A stretch of DNA of 64,000 nt, from assembly GCA_029953675.1 (NCBI GenBank), contig JAMWBK010000010.1:124001-188000 (forward strand), read 5' to 3'. Origin of the DNA: Rhodosorus marinus CCMP1338. Lineage: Eukaryota > Plantae > Rhodophyta. This document shows positions 49,764-61,860 of the stretch, piece after piece. Numbering within the stretch: position 1 is the first letter of the stretch; each line of letters starts with the position of its first letter. A program made the position numbers and the translations under genes. The notes under the pieces are model-generated. The model was not told the DNA's origin. It saw only the letters and a list, made by a program, of their open reading frames with translations, and ran no database searches.

Positions 49764-50594
49764 AGTTTAGGAATGTCTATGTAGCAACCTGCCCTGACAA
49801 ACTTCCTCACCAAGATTTTCCACTTTGCGCGTGACCATCACCAACCCAACGCAAAACCCCCCCGGGGCCGTGGTTTTCGATATCAACGTTTTCGCTTTCG
49901 AAGACAGCGCTCGAGAATGCTCTGCGCGTCTAATCCGCTGCGCAAATGGTGAACGCGCTCATTGCACTACCCGAACCTTTAAAAAAGAAACGGTCCACCA
50001 TAGGTTGGACCGATCCGAACACTGCCAGTAACGTCTTGCAATGGAACTGCTCGGCTAACATCTAACGCTTTTACCAACGGCCCGATGACCGGCATTAATA
50101 ACAAAACATTAACAAAAACGATTGACTCCAAATTTCCTTCAAATATTCTACAATAATTCACTAATTATAAACCAATAAAGGCATAATAACAACATTGTTG
50201 ATTGAATATGTAGACAACAACAAAAAATTAAGTTCAATATTATCCAGTAATCGACCAAGAGAATACAAATCTCATATTTCCATTCGCTCACATCGAATTT
50301 CTGGATATCGTATTGGTAATTATTTTAAAGGCAAACTCCGTTACCGGATTGTAAGCTCTTATATGATTGGCTTTTTTTTTGATTTTGCTTTTTTGAAATA
50401 TGAAAAGGACTGTTTGCTTTCTGGAACCAAAATGGCCCCCCCGGTCGAGTTTCAAGTTTGGTTCTATTAGGCAGGCTTTTGGTTGGTTTGGTTTTGGTTT
50501 GCAAGTGCGTGGAGCCCCCCTCGGGGGGTTGGCGAGTGGGAAGGGATTAGATTCAATAGTACGGGGATAGTGGTGTACTGAGAGGGTGGACGTT

Positions 50595-50641
50595 GGGGTG
50601 GTGGGGGGAAGGGGGGAAAGGGGGGGAAGGGGGGAAAGGGG
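50595..50641 (+). repeat. G-run microsatellite (G4-7 runs separated by AA/AAA), potential G-quadruplex
   Basis: GGGGTGGTGGGGGGAAGGGGGGAAAGGGGGGGAAGGGGGGAAAGGGG, ending ~90 nt upstream of the SatP-family ATG. Confidence 0.8.
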
Positions 50642-50731
50642 TGGAAAGGAGTGGAAGTCGCATGTTGTTGTAGTCTTTGGGTTGGATTTTGATATATAGC
50701 AAGTTCTGTGCTGTCATTGTTTTGGGTGAGG

Positions 50732-51641
50732 ATGAGTACTGGAAGGGGTAGTGCGGTTGCTTTTGATCTGGGTGGCAACAGGACTGCTGAATCCGGTAAG
50801 GAGCTGTTGGATGATGGTGAAGCTGGGTTTTCTTCCAGGACTACGCTTCTGTCATTGCCACAAGATTTTAGACGGAGCGATCTTCGTATGATAAAATTAC
50901 CGGCACCCGCTCCGCAGTTGGGGAATCCGTCCCCTCTGGGACTCTTGGGATTTGCGCTCGCAACGATGATTGGAGGGGCCCAAAAATTGGGATTGGATGA
51001 GGAAGGTGGCTCGTTTATCGCGGCAGTGGCCATGACTCTAGGAGGAATTGCACAAATAATCGCTGGGATTCTGTGCTTCTACAAGAACAACACCTTCTCC
51101 CTTACGGCGTTCTGCGGGTTTGGTCTTCACTGGTTTCAGATCGGGTTGACCTTAAGTCTTACCCTGTCCGGCATCTACTTGCCGAGCAGTACGTACAATG
51201 GTCTTGCTGGTGTATACTACGGGCTGTGGACCCTGTTTGCCATAATATTGACCGTTGCTACCTTCAGAATCAACAAGGTGATGACATTTACACTGGTCAA
51301 CGTCGTGTTGGTCTTCGGTTTCGACATAGGAGCGCAGTTCCAACACTGGGCAGAAAGAGCTTCCGGAGTTTTCACCGTTGGAGCAACCTTGGGAGCGGTC
51401 TATCTATTTGCGGCGGACATAATCAACGAACTCTTTGGTGAGCCAATAATACCATTATGGCCATCGGAGGCGCACAAAGACGACTTCATCGCTTCCAAGG
51501 GCTACGTCCCAAGAGTCCACTACCACAAGGTTTGTATCCGCGGTCATGTCATGTACAGGCTCTCTTTGAGGGGAATTCCGTATTCAAAGTCTGTTTTTGT
51601 TTTCGAATTCTCAGGAAGCGACCTCTTCAGCCGTGCAATAG
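50732..51641 (+). CDS. GPR1/FUN34/YaaH (SatP/Ady2) acetate/carboxylate channel, 2 exons
   Basis: LGNPSPLGLLGFAL signature, GGIAQIIAG, NNTFSLTAFCGFGLHW and six TM helices. Intron 51529-51614 gives the end EATSSAVQ*. Confidence 0.92.
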
Positions 51642-51991
51642 CCACAGAGAAACGTGTCGTTTGCGCTTGGAACACGCCCGAGTGTGAAGTCCTGCGCTTG
51701 TTGCCGAGAGCAAAGTCTAGCAGCATGCCATGATATGGTGCTCGAAAAGCTGACTTTTAGAAATTGTCGTATTTGCTTTTTTTCCATCAGCGATGTAAGT
51801 CAAAGTAAAGTAAGTTGTGGAACAGACGATGTCTGCGCCCTCTAACCCAACCTGGCGGGGTTGGGATGTGTAACTATCTCAAGTGTAATGCGTTCTAGCA
51901 GAACGAGTGGGCGCAATTTTTTGATAAGACTTTGTACAAGTTTGCAAAACCCCACCACGGCCGTTTCCGGGCAGGGTACTAGTCGTCTGAA

Positions 51992-53315
51992 TCATCGCCT
52001 GAACACCGCGAATCTCAGCCGCTTTCGAGCCATTGCCAAAAAAGAGTTCGTAAATACGTGCTCCTCATCTCTCCCGTTCTCCGGGATTAACGTGTCCATA
52101 TCGATCACCTCCAGATCAGCACCAGCGAGGTTGCGGACAACCGCGTGATTGGGTGACACGACAGGGCGTCTCCACCGCATTTCGTCGAAAACCTGATCGT
52201 AGCCCACTCTCTCGCGGTTGCATTTTTCCAATGCCAAAACTGCTGCGGATCGAGAAATTCCGCTCATACAGTGCACGTAGATGTTTCCATCGGTGTGGTG
52301 GTTAAGCAAAGTCCTCAAAGTACCAGCGGCTCGAAGCAAGTACTTCTCCAGCTCTACAGCGTCGAAGTCCTTCATTTGATACCGATAACTTTGAATACCG
52401 TCCGATAAATAGTAGTTGTTCATTGCCTCGGAGTTGACTCCGCGAACGGACAGTTCGTTGTCAGTCTGCAAGCTAAGAACGGCTTTTACTCCCAAGTCGT
52501 TTAGCTCTCTGACGTCGCTCCTCTTCTGTGGGTATGGCCCCATTAGGATTCTGTCCCAGATGAAGCTCGTTTTGAACTCGGACCGGAAAACGTGATCGTC
52601 ATAGACGACATCACGATAAACGTCGCTACCGTAACGCGTTCGATCAGGATCCTGCTCCCACCAAGTGGTTCGGTCCAGTCTGTGATTGTACAAGTACCTA
52701 ATCAACACCGCAGATTTGGTTTTGGGCTCCAGTTAAAAAAAAATAGAAAAGGCCACGCGTGGATGACCTTCTCAAGTCAAGCAAGGAAAGCGTTCGACGC
52801 ATTCGTGCACTTCGTTTGTCTCACCGATAGGGAAAACAACCAACCGTAATAGGATGAACCACGAGCTCCCATTCAGAATGGAGATCTCCATCATCAGATA
52901 TTCTCTTCATCTTCGCTGGTGCATGCCAATCGCCAATCTGCCAACAGCCGCCTGTGATCAGCATTTCACCACCCTCGTCACGATCGTCCTCGAGCAACAT
53001 CAGTTTCACCCGAAACACGACACAAGGAAAGTATACTGCCTCTGGGTCTCTGGGTAGGAAGCCCTCTGTTCGATTACCATTAAGCACCTCCCACCCGCGT
53101 AGCTCTCGCCCGTGATGCTCAGAGTTCACCGTCACAATGTACTTATACTCATAGTCATCATTAAAGGTATCCAATTCCCCACACCAGAACCCGTTTTCAT
53201 CCTTTTCAAGCTGCACACTTTCCCAGACGTTCCAACCACAAAAACTTCCGGTGATTGCCACGCCCTCGCCTTCACACACCCCTGTGCAGCTCGCTCGAAA
53301 CGTTCTTACTCCCAT
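51992..53315 (-). CDS. Glucan phosphatase: CBM48-like + CBM20-like + dual-specificity phosphatase, 2 exons
   Basis: VAITGSFCGWNVW...ENGFW...YEYKYIV (CBM48/AMPK-beta type). ITGGCWQIGDW..AKM...W / YLY...WWEQDPDR (CBM20 type). DSP with MKDFD and the intact CX5R motif HCMSGISRS. Confidence 0.85.
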
Positions 53316-55243
53316 TATCCTCCTACAAATTCATCCATCCAGATCTCAAACATCCCGTGTCCTTCCCAAAGTTCCAAACACGGCAGCCGTAAAATAGAAA
53401 TTCAAACAATACAGAAACTAGTCTTCCTCCCCACCCATTCCTCCAAACCCCTTCCCAGTCCCTCCCTCAACAAGGTCAACGCCCTCCACATCCCCACCCT
53501 CTCCCCCCTTCTCCCCATCCGCTCTATGTATACTATAAAATCCATTGCGTCAGATGTCACCGGCATTTTGACATGAGACTCTTCAAAAAGGCTCATCTCG
53601 TACGAAACCACAAAATCCCCATGTGTGAGTCACACCTCACTAAATGACGTACAACTACGACCCGTTCAAGGACGATCGATCCTCATTAGTACAAAATATC
53701 CCAATTAGTAACCAACTGTTTCTCATGACAATACCCCCAAGAATATCTAAAAACGATTCCTTTTCGTAGAAATAAGTATCAAAATATCATCTTTCAGAAA
53801 TATGGTTGTTTCTAACCCTCCTGATTTCGAGCTGACAAGAACTCTACTCTTCAACTTATTTGTTTCAGTTTGTACAGAAAAGTATTGGTATTGAGCAATG
53901 TCAACACAGCGTATTTTGCGTCCATTTTGCTCCCATTTTGCGCGCTCTGGCTGTCAGTTTAGAGAGGACCTCGGATTCTTACGAGGGAGGGGTGGGGAGA
54001 GGGGGGACGCGCTTGATGTTTGTCAGCGATACCTTTAGTAACCGTTCTGCTACTCTTTTTCCACTGTATGCTTCTTTGAGTCTGGCTCTCTAAGTCTGCC
54101 TTAGTTCTGGAAGCATCTCTCGCTGTCGACCTTCCTACCGGACCTCATTCGGGGACCTTCTGCCTCCAATTCAACCGATCGATCAACATCATATTTTGGA
54201 AAAAACAAACTATTTCAAAAAAAGGGTGTTTCGGGACATTTGGTTTTCGGTGGACGTTCCGAACGATAACCCGCAAAGCAGTTTCTTTATTTATTTTCCG
54301 AAGAATATGTTTGAGCGATGGACAAGGGGCAGGTGTAGACGCGTGGTGGTGATTAATTGGTCTTATTGACTTGCATTGAACAATGAAGGACATCATTTTA
54401 GTGTGTTAGTACAAGAGATAGTACTAGGGGACCGGGACTTGAGTGTGATTTTGATTGCCAAAAAAAAAAGTGGCTCTTTTCTATTGGATGGCAGATGGCC
54501 ATCCTATGAGTGGGAACCGCGGGACGCGGTGTGCCAGGTGTGGATTCTATTGTAAGGGTATTGTCAGATCTCATCTGATCCGTTAGAACATCAGGACTGG
54601 GACGATCAAGAGGAGCAAGCTCTCCAGAAACTCTGTGGGAGCTGGCGATGAACGTGCACGATATCGATCGTCTCGGGCTCGATGTACGAGATTTCCCTGA
54701 TCGATGCGCGTACCTGCCACAGCGAGGGTTCGACCACTAATTTCTCCCTGTGCGACGAAACTTGGATGCAAGCGATCCTCGCAAGGACGGCACGGCCGCG
54801 TGTCGGAACCCACTGCGCGAGCCTTGAAGGGCCTGGCCTCCACATCTTAAATGAAACATTATCGCAGTTTATTCTCAACCGTGATTCTGAGCCAGCGGTA
54901 CAACGGCCGTCAGAGTACAGTGAATAATTTGTCTACTCCGACCCTTTCTCAAGTTTGAAAAATTTGCGAACCAAGCTGACCCGCTTCAGTCTGGAACAAG
55001 TCATTAGTTTGAAAAAAAATGAAGAACATGCCACACAACTACCTTCAGCGGACCGTTGCGAGAGCTCCTGACATTATTCAGTCGGTGGAGCCCTCCTACA
55101 AAAAAACAGAATGCTCAGCTTAACTCTGCACGAGCTTCTTGGGGCGTCTACCTTCACCCTTAGATGGCGCACCTAATGGTAAATGACGACCCGAACGTGT
55201 GAAAACATGAACACAATTTTGAACCTCGCTTGGGAATAGCTAG

Positions 55244-56260
55244 CTAGCACTCACCATCAGTCCGTGACAGGCATTTTAAGAGATGAGTCTTCGCCGGGGT
55301 GACATTTGGGCTTGGTATTCCGTCGGCACTTCGAACGCTCTGCGGAGATATTTTGACCGTGGACCCGCAGTCTTTTATCATGCACCGCAAGCGCAGGTCT
55401 CTCGCATTGTCCGGGTTCCCGTCGATCCTTTCCACAAACTCTAGAAGCCAACCACTAGGTTCATCATGGTCGTAGGCCTCTGGCGGCAGGTTCTTACGCA
55501 GCAACTTAAGCGCTCTAGCGTGGTACGCATCCTCAGAGCTGCGCAGGAAGGGGAGGTGCGTCTTCGTCACTGTCCTAACTTTTTTGCTCTTTCCTCCCGG
55601 ATCTGAAGAGGTCTCTCGTTTTGTTCCTGCCTCCGATTTCGAAGCGGATCCGTTTCTGCCGGCCATGTCAATCGTCATCACCGGTGCTCTTCGAGGCTTT
55701 GAGTCCTCCGGCAACATTGACCCAATTTGATCGAGCACTCTGTCGAGAAATCTAAATTGTCTCATAACGGTATACGGTGCCTCCAAGTCCGTGAACCAAA
55801 GTCTTGACATATCAACTGTTAGCTTCTGGCAGTCTTCCACCTCCTTCTCTGTTAGGGAATCGAACTTTTCCACATTTTCAGCCTCGGGCCATAGCCACGG
55901 GCGGAACCGGAAAGTATTGATCGCGGTCTCTATCTCATCTACGTACTTTTCTCTGAATAAGATTTCAATGTCCTCCCATGGTTCCTGATCTACTTGAAAC
56001 CCAACACACTCCAACCCGAACAGTACATAAGTGGGCAACTTTGCCCATCTCTGGGTCACATCGCTGCTCGCGTTCTTCTTCAGCAACTTTACTCTCGCCA
56101 GAAACGGAACGACAATGGTTTTCGTAACTGAAAGATCATGCTTCCATGACCTCCAAGGCCTCTTTATTTCCGTCGTCTTCTCCGCTACAGACCTTACCTC
56201 TACCATCTCACCGTCCCCGAGTCCATCAGGTCTCTTACGAACAGTCTTTTTCGAACGCAT
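55244..56260 (-). CDS. Intronless 338-aa hypothetical protein with a C-terminal BED-like C2HC zinc finger
   Basis: Long ORF. The C-terminus is GWLLEF...LRCMIKDC...AKTHLLKC. Confidence 0.65.
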   Translation of the reverse strand: MRSKKTVRKRPDGLGDGEMVEVRSVAEKTTEIKRPWRSWKHDLSVTKTIVVPFLARVKLLKKNASSDVTQRWAKLPTYVLFGLECVGFQVDQEPWEDIEILFREKYVDEIETAINTFRFRPWLWPEAENVEKFDSLTEKEVEDCQKLTVDMSRLWFTDLEAPYTVMRQFRFLDRVLDQIGSMLPEDSKPRRAPVMTIDMAGRNGSASKSEAGTKRETSSDPGGKSKKVRTVTKTHLPFLRSSEDAYHARALKLLRKNLPPEAYDHDEPSGWLLEFVERIDGNPDNARDLRLRCMIKDCGSTVKISPQSVRSADGIPSPNVTPAKTHLLKCLSRTDGEC

Positions 56261-58069
56261 AGTGCAAAGCCGCCATCAACCCCCCCTTGAAAATCGTTAC
56301 CATAAATACGATCTATTCTCCCTTCCTTTCAGCTCTCATCAAAAGGCTTTCTAAATTTACATAGCAAACTCTTACCCACATAAAGCTCCTACAAAATACA
56401 AACACATCCTTCCACAGCCATTCCAATTCCCAACCTCCCCTCCCTCCTGGAAATCACAGGATTACAAGCCACCCACGGAAACAACAACCCCCCCTCCCCC
56501 CACCCCCCTTCTGTAAGGCTCTTCCCTTACCCTATCCACCTCCCCACAGCAACAAAACTCTCCCCCTTAAATCAATCAACGATCATCATTACCAAACCTC
56601 CTAACCCCCCTTCCCAACCCCCCCTTTCGCAACCCTCGTACTAGAACAAACTACCAAAACCTCAACTAAGTTTTCTTAAACTTGTGAAATAATTGCATCA
56701 GTATAGAGATGCTCCGCGATTGACTCCCATATTAGTCGGTACAATCACCCCCCTCCTCTCCTGCCTACTTAGTCAAAAGCCTCACAAGCTTGCATTAGTA
56801 TCATATTTAGTACACAACATACCCAACCCTGTTGGTACAAACAATGGAACGGAAAACCCGGTCAAACTATTCGAGAGGGTGGAAAGCACCCAACAACTGC
56901 CAAGCTTGACAATGAAACAAAAGGATAAAATAACGCTATTTAGTCAATCATACCCCAGCTCTCCTTAGTAGCCTTGAATAATGCTTGAAATTTCACATAT
57001 CTTACACTTTTCTTTGATTGAACAGTATCCACACTTCCCGCTGCTCCGCTCCCCCCCCTTCCTCCTTCCCTTCCCCCCCCCCCTTCTCTCTCCACCCCCC
57101 CAAAAAGCATCGATTTTCAGTTTGGCAAGTTTCAGCCTGTTTTTTTTTCCCCCCCTACAAATCTTTGGTTTCGACGAATTGCGCCATGAAGAGAAAGGTG
57201 CTCCAGTCGATTCCCTCGTCAAGCTCAAAAAATTCTCTATTCAGTCAATTGCAGAGTTTTTGATTGATATTTTTTGGTCGAAACTGAATGCTCTTGTTTT
57301 AATCAAAAATTATACGATCTAATCCAAGTATTTATTTACATAGAAAAAGTTGCTTCTTCAAAGAAACATTTCATGATTTTGATTAAAATTCTTCTACAAA
57401 TAGCAACAGAGTTGGGTTTCCGCCCTCCCTACCCCCTGCCCCTCCCCCCTTTTCACGTCCCTGACGCTTTGTGACTTTTATGATTGTGCCCGAATAGAAA
57501 TCAGATCAGCTTAATTAGACCATAAATCCACGATCTTCCGATCCGCAATAGCATCCAGCCTAATAATAATAGTATTATAGAACTCTTCAGAATTTCATGT
57601 TTTCACAGGTTAATACGTAGGAAGCTAGTTTACTATCATGCACTTTCAAAACAACTCTTGGATTTGCAACTCACCCCCCTTGGAATGAGACACTAGTTTC
57701 AGGATCGATTTCATGAGTATCGATTTTATTTCAAATTGTTAATACATTTCGACCAATAAACCATCTCTTTTCCACTTTTTAGACACGTGTTAATAGATAA
57801 TTCGTATCTTAGATCTAGACCTAGACCGGACGTTGTAGAGTAGAATACATAGGACATGGAATTTCACAGGAGAAAAAATGTATATTCAAAAACTAGCACA
57901 ATTTTAGGCATAAGATAGAACAGTATAGACCAGCTCAAGGTTTCCGGCGTGTGTGGTGTTTGTGGTCGGTTTTCTTATCACAATTGTGCTTGAGACTGTA
58001 GAGAAGCACTTGGAGAACGGATGGAGTAGTAACCAGGGCAAAGCTCTCTGGAGCGTCGACGGGTTCAAA

Positions 58070-58777
58070 ATGGGGTTTGTGGGGCCTGCGTTGTTCGGAT
58101 TAAGGCCGGAAACGGACCGGCTGACTTGCCGCTGTGCGGCTCGTGCGGACGATGAAGCGGCCAGAACGAATGCAGGAAGGCTGGCTATCGGTGCGTCAGT
58201 GGTTTCCTTCGCGTCGACGCTGACAAATCGCCTGTTTGCGTCAGGAGAGGTTGTCGATGCGCACAGTAGAGCCGACCTAATGTGCGTGGCTTCAGGGGCA
58301 ATGCTGCTGTTGTACGGTATTGCAAACGTCCAAATCGATCCGCGCGAGGAGGAGACTGTTGACCTGGAGGGAGTGGAAGTATCCGAGATCCAAAAGTCGG
58401 ATCCTGATGGCCTGTTGGGCTGGGCATCACGGTCCATAATTAATTCCATTCCAAATGTTCGATCTGTGCTTATTTATGAGGGAGGAAAAACTGTTCTTAG
58501 AGAAGGTATCATGGGAGAGTCTCCGGTAGTCGTTCCAGGTCCAATTCTCGAGAAGGCGTTAACTAGCGAAGAGAAAACCTATTTTGCTAGGCTAGAAATA
58601 CTTCCCGGGCGTTTTGAGTTCACGTACTTACCCGCAGAGACTCAAGCCGTACTTATCCAACCTCTATCCCCAACGTCAGCCCTCATCCTCGGCGCAGACA
58701 AGGTAAGACCGATTGCGTCCGTGGACTTTGGATGGATCCAAGCCATAACTCAAAGAATCTCTCAGTACGTTGGATAA
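58070..58777 (+). CDS. CCB4: Cofactor assembly of complex C subunit B (CCB4/CCB2 family), plastid
   Basis: MGFVG transit peptide, NR...SRADL, LGWAS, PGRFEFTYLPAETQAVLIQPL and D..WI..I. Confidence 0.85.
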   Translation: MGFVGPALFGLRPETDRLTCRCAARADDEAARTNAGRLAIGASVVSFASTLTNRLFASGEVVDAHSRADLMCVASGAMLLLYGIANVQIDPREEETVDLEGVEVSEIQKSDPDGLLGWASRSIINSIPNVRSVLIYEGGKTVLREGIMGESPVVVPGPILEKALTSEEKTYFARLEILPGRFEFTYLPAETQAVLIQPLSPTSALILGADKVRPIASVDFGWIQAITQRISQYVG

Positions 58778-59114
58778 AAATACACCATAAAAACGTTAAA
58801 GCCGGAAGAGAAATGCTGAGCAAGCGGTGCTGGTCACCTGCAAACTGAAGAATAAACAACTATATAATCGAATTGTACTGATCAGCCTCGACTCTTATCC
58901 CTCCAAGCCAATCCACAATATCCGCGAACCAGCTCGAAACTTGCAAAAGCACAGATCACAGATGCCGACCATCAAACACGACCCCTTTGCTCAGCGGGAA
59001 AACAAGATTCTTCTTCAAGTCCGGGAATCGTTCGGCATCGACAACTTTCCCGAAAAAAAAGACCGGTGTTGAGGATCGCTCGGTATCTACGCATCAGAAA
59101 CCTTCTTGTCGCAG

Positions 59115-59900
59115 ATGATGGCGGTGGCTGATGCTGAGACTGAGCTGTTGGATGTGGTTGATAAATTCAACAATGTCCTGAGGCAGGAGCTTCGGGGTGT
59201 TGTGCACAGACATGGTCTTTTGCACAGGTTTGCTGAGATCCCAGCACCCCCTTGAGACTACCTTCATTGTTCGCTTAATACCTTGACATTTGTGCAGGGC
59301 TGTCCACGTAGTCGTTTTCAATAGTACTGAGCAGCTGCTTCTCCAGAGACGGAGTGCCATGAAGAAGCTAGGACCTAACTGTTGGTAAGCCTGGGCCAAG
59401 TGAAGATACCTGCGCCAAGATACTGATACCTGAACAGGGATTTGTCATGTGCCGAACACCTAATGGTGGGAGAATCCTACGCCAAAGCTGCCCTTCGAGG
59501 ACTTCACGAGGAACTCAATATCAACAAACCGGAATGCGATTTACAATTGTGGGAACCAATGCTGCAGCTTATGGATTACCCGGAAGTGGATGTCAAGGAC
59601 AACGAGTTCATCGCGATGTTTGCAACGCTGTATGATGGTGGTAAGGTTTTAGAAACAGTTATGAGCGCGTATCTACCTCACAGCTTACCATCGTCTACTT
59701 AATATATCGCAGAAGTTATAGAAGACAAAGTCGAAGTCGCAGAAACCAGATGGTGTACAATCGAGGAACTGCAGGTCGAGATGAAACAGTCACCAGATAG
59801 TTTCACGCCTTGGTTTCGGAAAGACTACGACAAGCTAAACCTCGAGAGTATAATTGAACAGCTTAAAATGAAGAGAGCTCGAACGCCCGTCCTCGTATGA
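59115..59900 (+). CDS. IPP-isomerase-like Nudix hydrolase, multi-exon; first exon uncertain
   Basis: LLDVVD...RGVVHRHGLLHR/AVHVVVFN...LLLQRRS..KK.GP, and Nudix box GESYAKAALRGLHEELNI. It has LSCAEHL instead of the IDI1 TCCSHP. Confidence 0.82.
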
Positions 59901-59912
59901 TCTAGAACCGGT

Positions 59913-61860
59913 TCAAGTATTGAGCAGTCCGTTTGGATCCATCTGCTTTTTAAGCATTTCCATCAGCTCGCCATTTGTTTCACCAAAGGTATCCTGAAGG
60001 AGTTTGAGGCGGCGAGTCAAAAACACGTGATGAGGTTGAATGGTCGTATGGGGACTTTGAGAACCAGCCTTGGCGCTGACATACCTGAAGAGAGCGCTCG
60101 CGATGAAAACAAACCCCACCGCTTTCGGCAACGATGTTCTCGAATTCACTGCGTACTTCCAAACTCCTCAGTTGGGCGGAGATGAATCCTTCCGCCACTT
60201 CGACACTGATCGATGCGGAAGGATCGAAGATGCGGAGTTTTGTAAGGATGTCTGCAATGACGGCCATGGGAACGCTCCTGTGAAATTCCACGGCGCGGAA
60301 TGAAAATGAATCGAAGGCACTGGATGATCAGTTCGTAAAGAAACATGCCGGGGGGCATGAAACTACTACGGAGCTGAATTCCTACGCGTATGTCAGTGCC
60401 CCATCATCAATTGGCCGAATTTGGCCTTTCACAGACTGCCCCTTCTCAGCGAGTTCATGAGCAATGGACGCCTCTTCTTCAGAGTTGGGTCCATGAAACT
60501 CCAAATCCAACACCCAGGGCAGGTCGTCATTCCCCAGCTGCGTTGCCAAGCACGTCTGTGCCGGACGAAGCCCGGAGGAGATCACGTGTGAAGAGAGCTC
60601 AACAGCATCTTCCGCAGACTTGAACAAGTACCGCTGGTGCTGAATGGACGACGGATATGAGTACAACCGAACGCAAACTTCGGTAACGATACCGAGCCTC
60701 CCCATGGATCCAAGGTATAGCCTAGTAAGATCATAGCCTACGCGATTCCAAAGTCAGAAATGACTTGCAATGAGCCTCACCCACCACAAGGGCAGAGCAA
60801 ATCTCACCGGCAGAAGATTTACGAGCTCTTGTGCCAGTTCGAAAGAGTTCTCCAGTAGCACTAACTACGGTCAGACCAAGGACGTTTGTCCGAGGTGAAT
60901 TGTACTTCGCTGAACCAGGATTAGGAATGTTGGCGTTGACGACGTCTCCGATGCTGAGATTTTGTCGATTTGGCATTGGGAAGAAAAGCCCAGTTTCAGG
61001 GAGCTTCTCAAATAGGCTCTCACGAGTTACACCTTTCGTCACGCAATGATGGTAGTGGAGCTTTCATTTTAAGCGCCCAGAGTCTTTGCCGATCGTCCTG
61101 GGAGTAACTGGTTTACGGTGGACTTACCACATTCGACTCTCAGGTCCATGTCATCGTCGTGTTTTTCAACCCATCGATTGAGCCCCGAGAGATCAACTCG
61201 AAGCGCATCTCTTTCGTCGAGCGCTCCAAATGTTGTTGTCCTCATCCTCTGTCCAATAGCTAATTGAATGGGAGAGCGTTTTTCAGTTCCAGCAACGTTC
61301 GAAGCCCTCAGCAGGGACTCTCACCATTGCAGTATTTTACAAGCTCGCACAGCTCAACTTGAGATTCTACCGCGACGACGCTCGAGGCTCTTCGAGCCTG
61401 CTCAATGAGCTCGGCCATCGCGGATCTCACTTTAGTCGTTCTCATGCTTCTCACAAGAGTCTCCTCAAGCAAAGTCTCGCTTCACTCCAAGCCCGTGGGG
61501 ACCAGCATCAACGATCCGCTGTTGGCTCCGGCGCACAACCTCGTTTCCTACTTGGGTGTGGAGGCTGACCTAGTCACATCTTTTGCTCTCGCAACCAACA
61601 AACACCGTAGAGCACCTATCCGCTCGAATCGATGAGCTTGAGGTAATCTCAATAATGATAGTGTTTGTACAAGAGGTGTCGCTCCTACCCGCACTACGAC
61701 TTGCAGACTAACGAACCACAGACTTACCCAACCCCAGACTAATCAAGAATCTTGCTCGAGGTGAAGAGAGCGCGGTGTACCCTGAGCTATGATCGTGGTC
61801 GTCGATGAGGTGAGGTATCCTCTCCTCGAGTGGCTCTGGAAGTATCCTCTCCTCGAGTCG
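59913..61860 (-). CDS. FAD-linked oxidase, D-lactate dehydrogenase-like, divergent; multi-exon, 5' end approximate
   Basis: VDLSGLN...DLRVECG/VTRESL, NVLGLTVVSATGELFRTGTRARKSSAG/YDLTRLYLGSMGRLGIVTEVCVRL, and C-terminal LKKQMDPNGLLN. Confidence 0.8.

Noticed and set aside
54583-54927. Overlapping GC-rich ORFs
   Set aside because: No recognisable domain; frames are interrupted.
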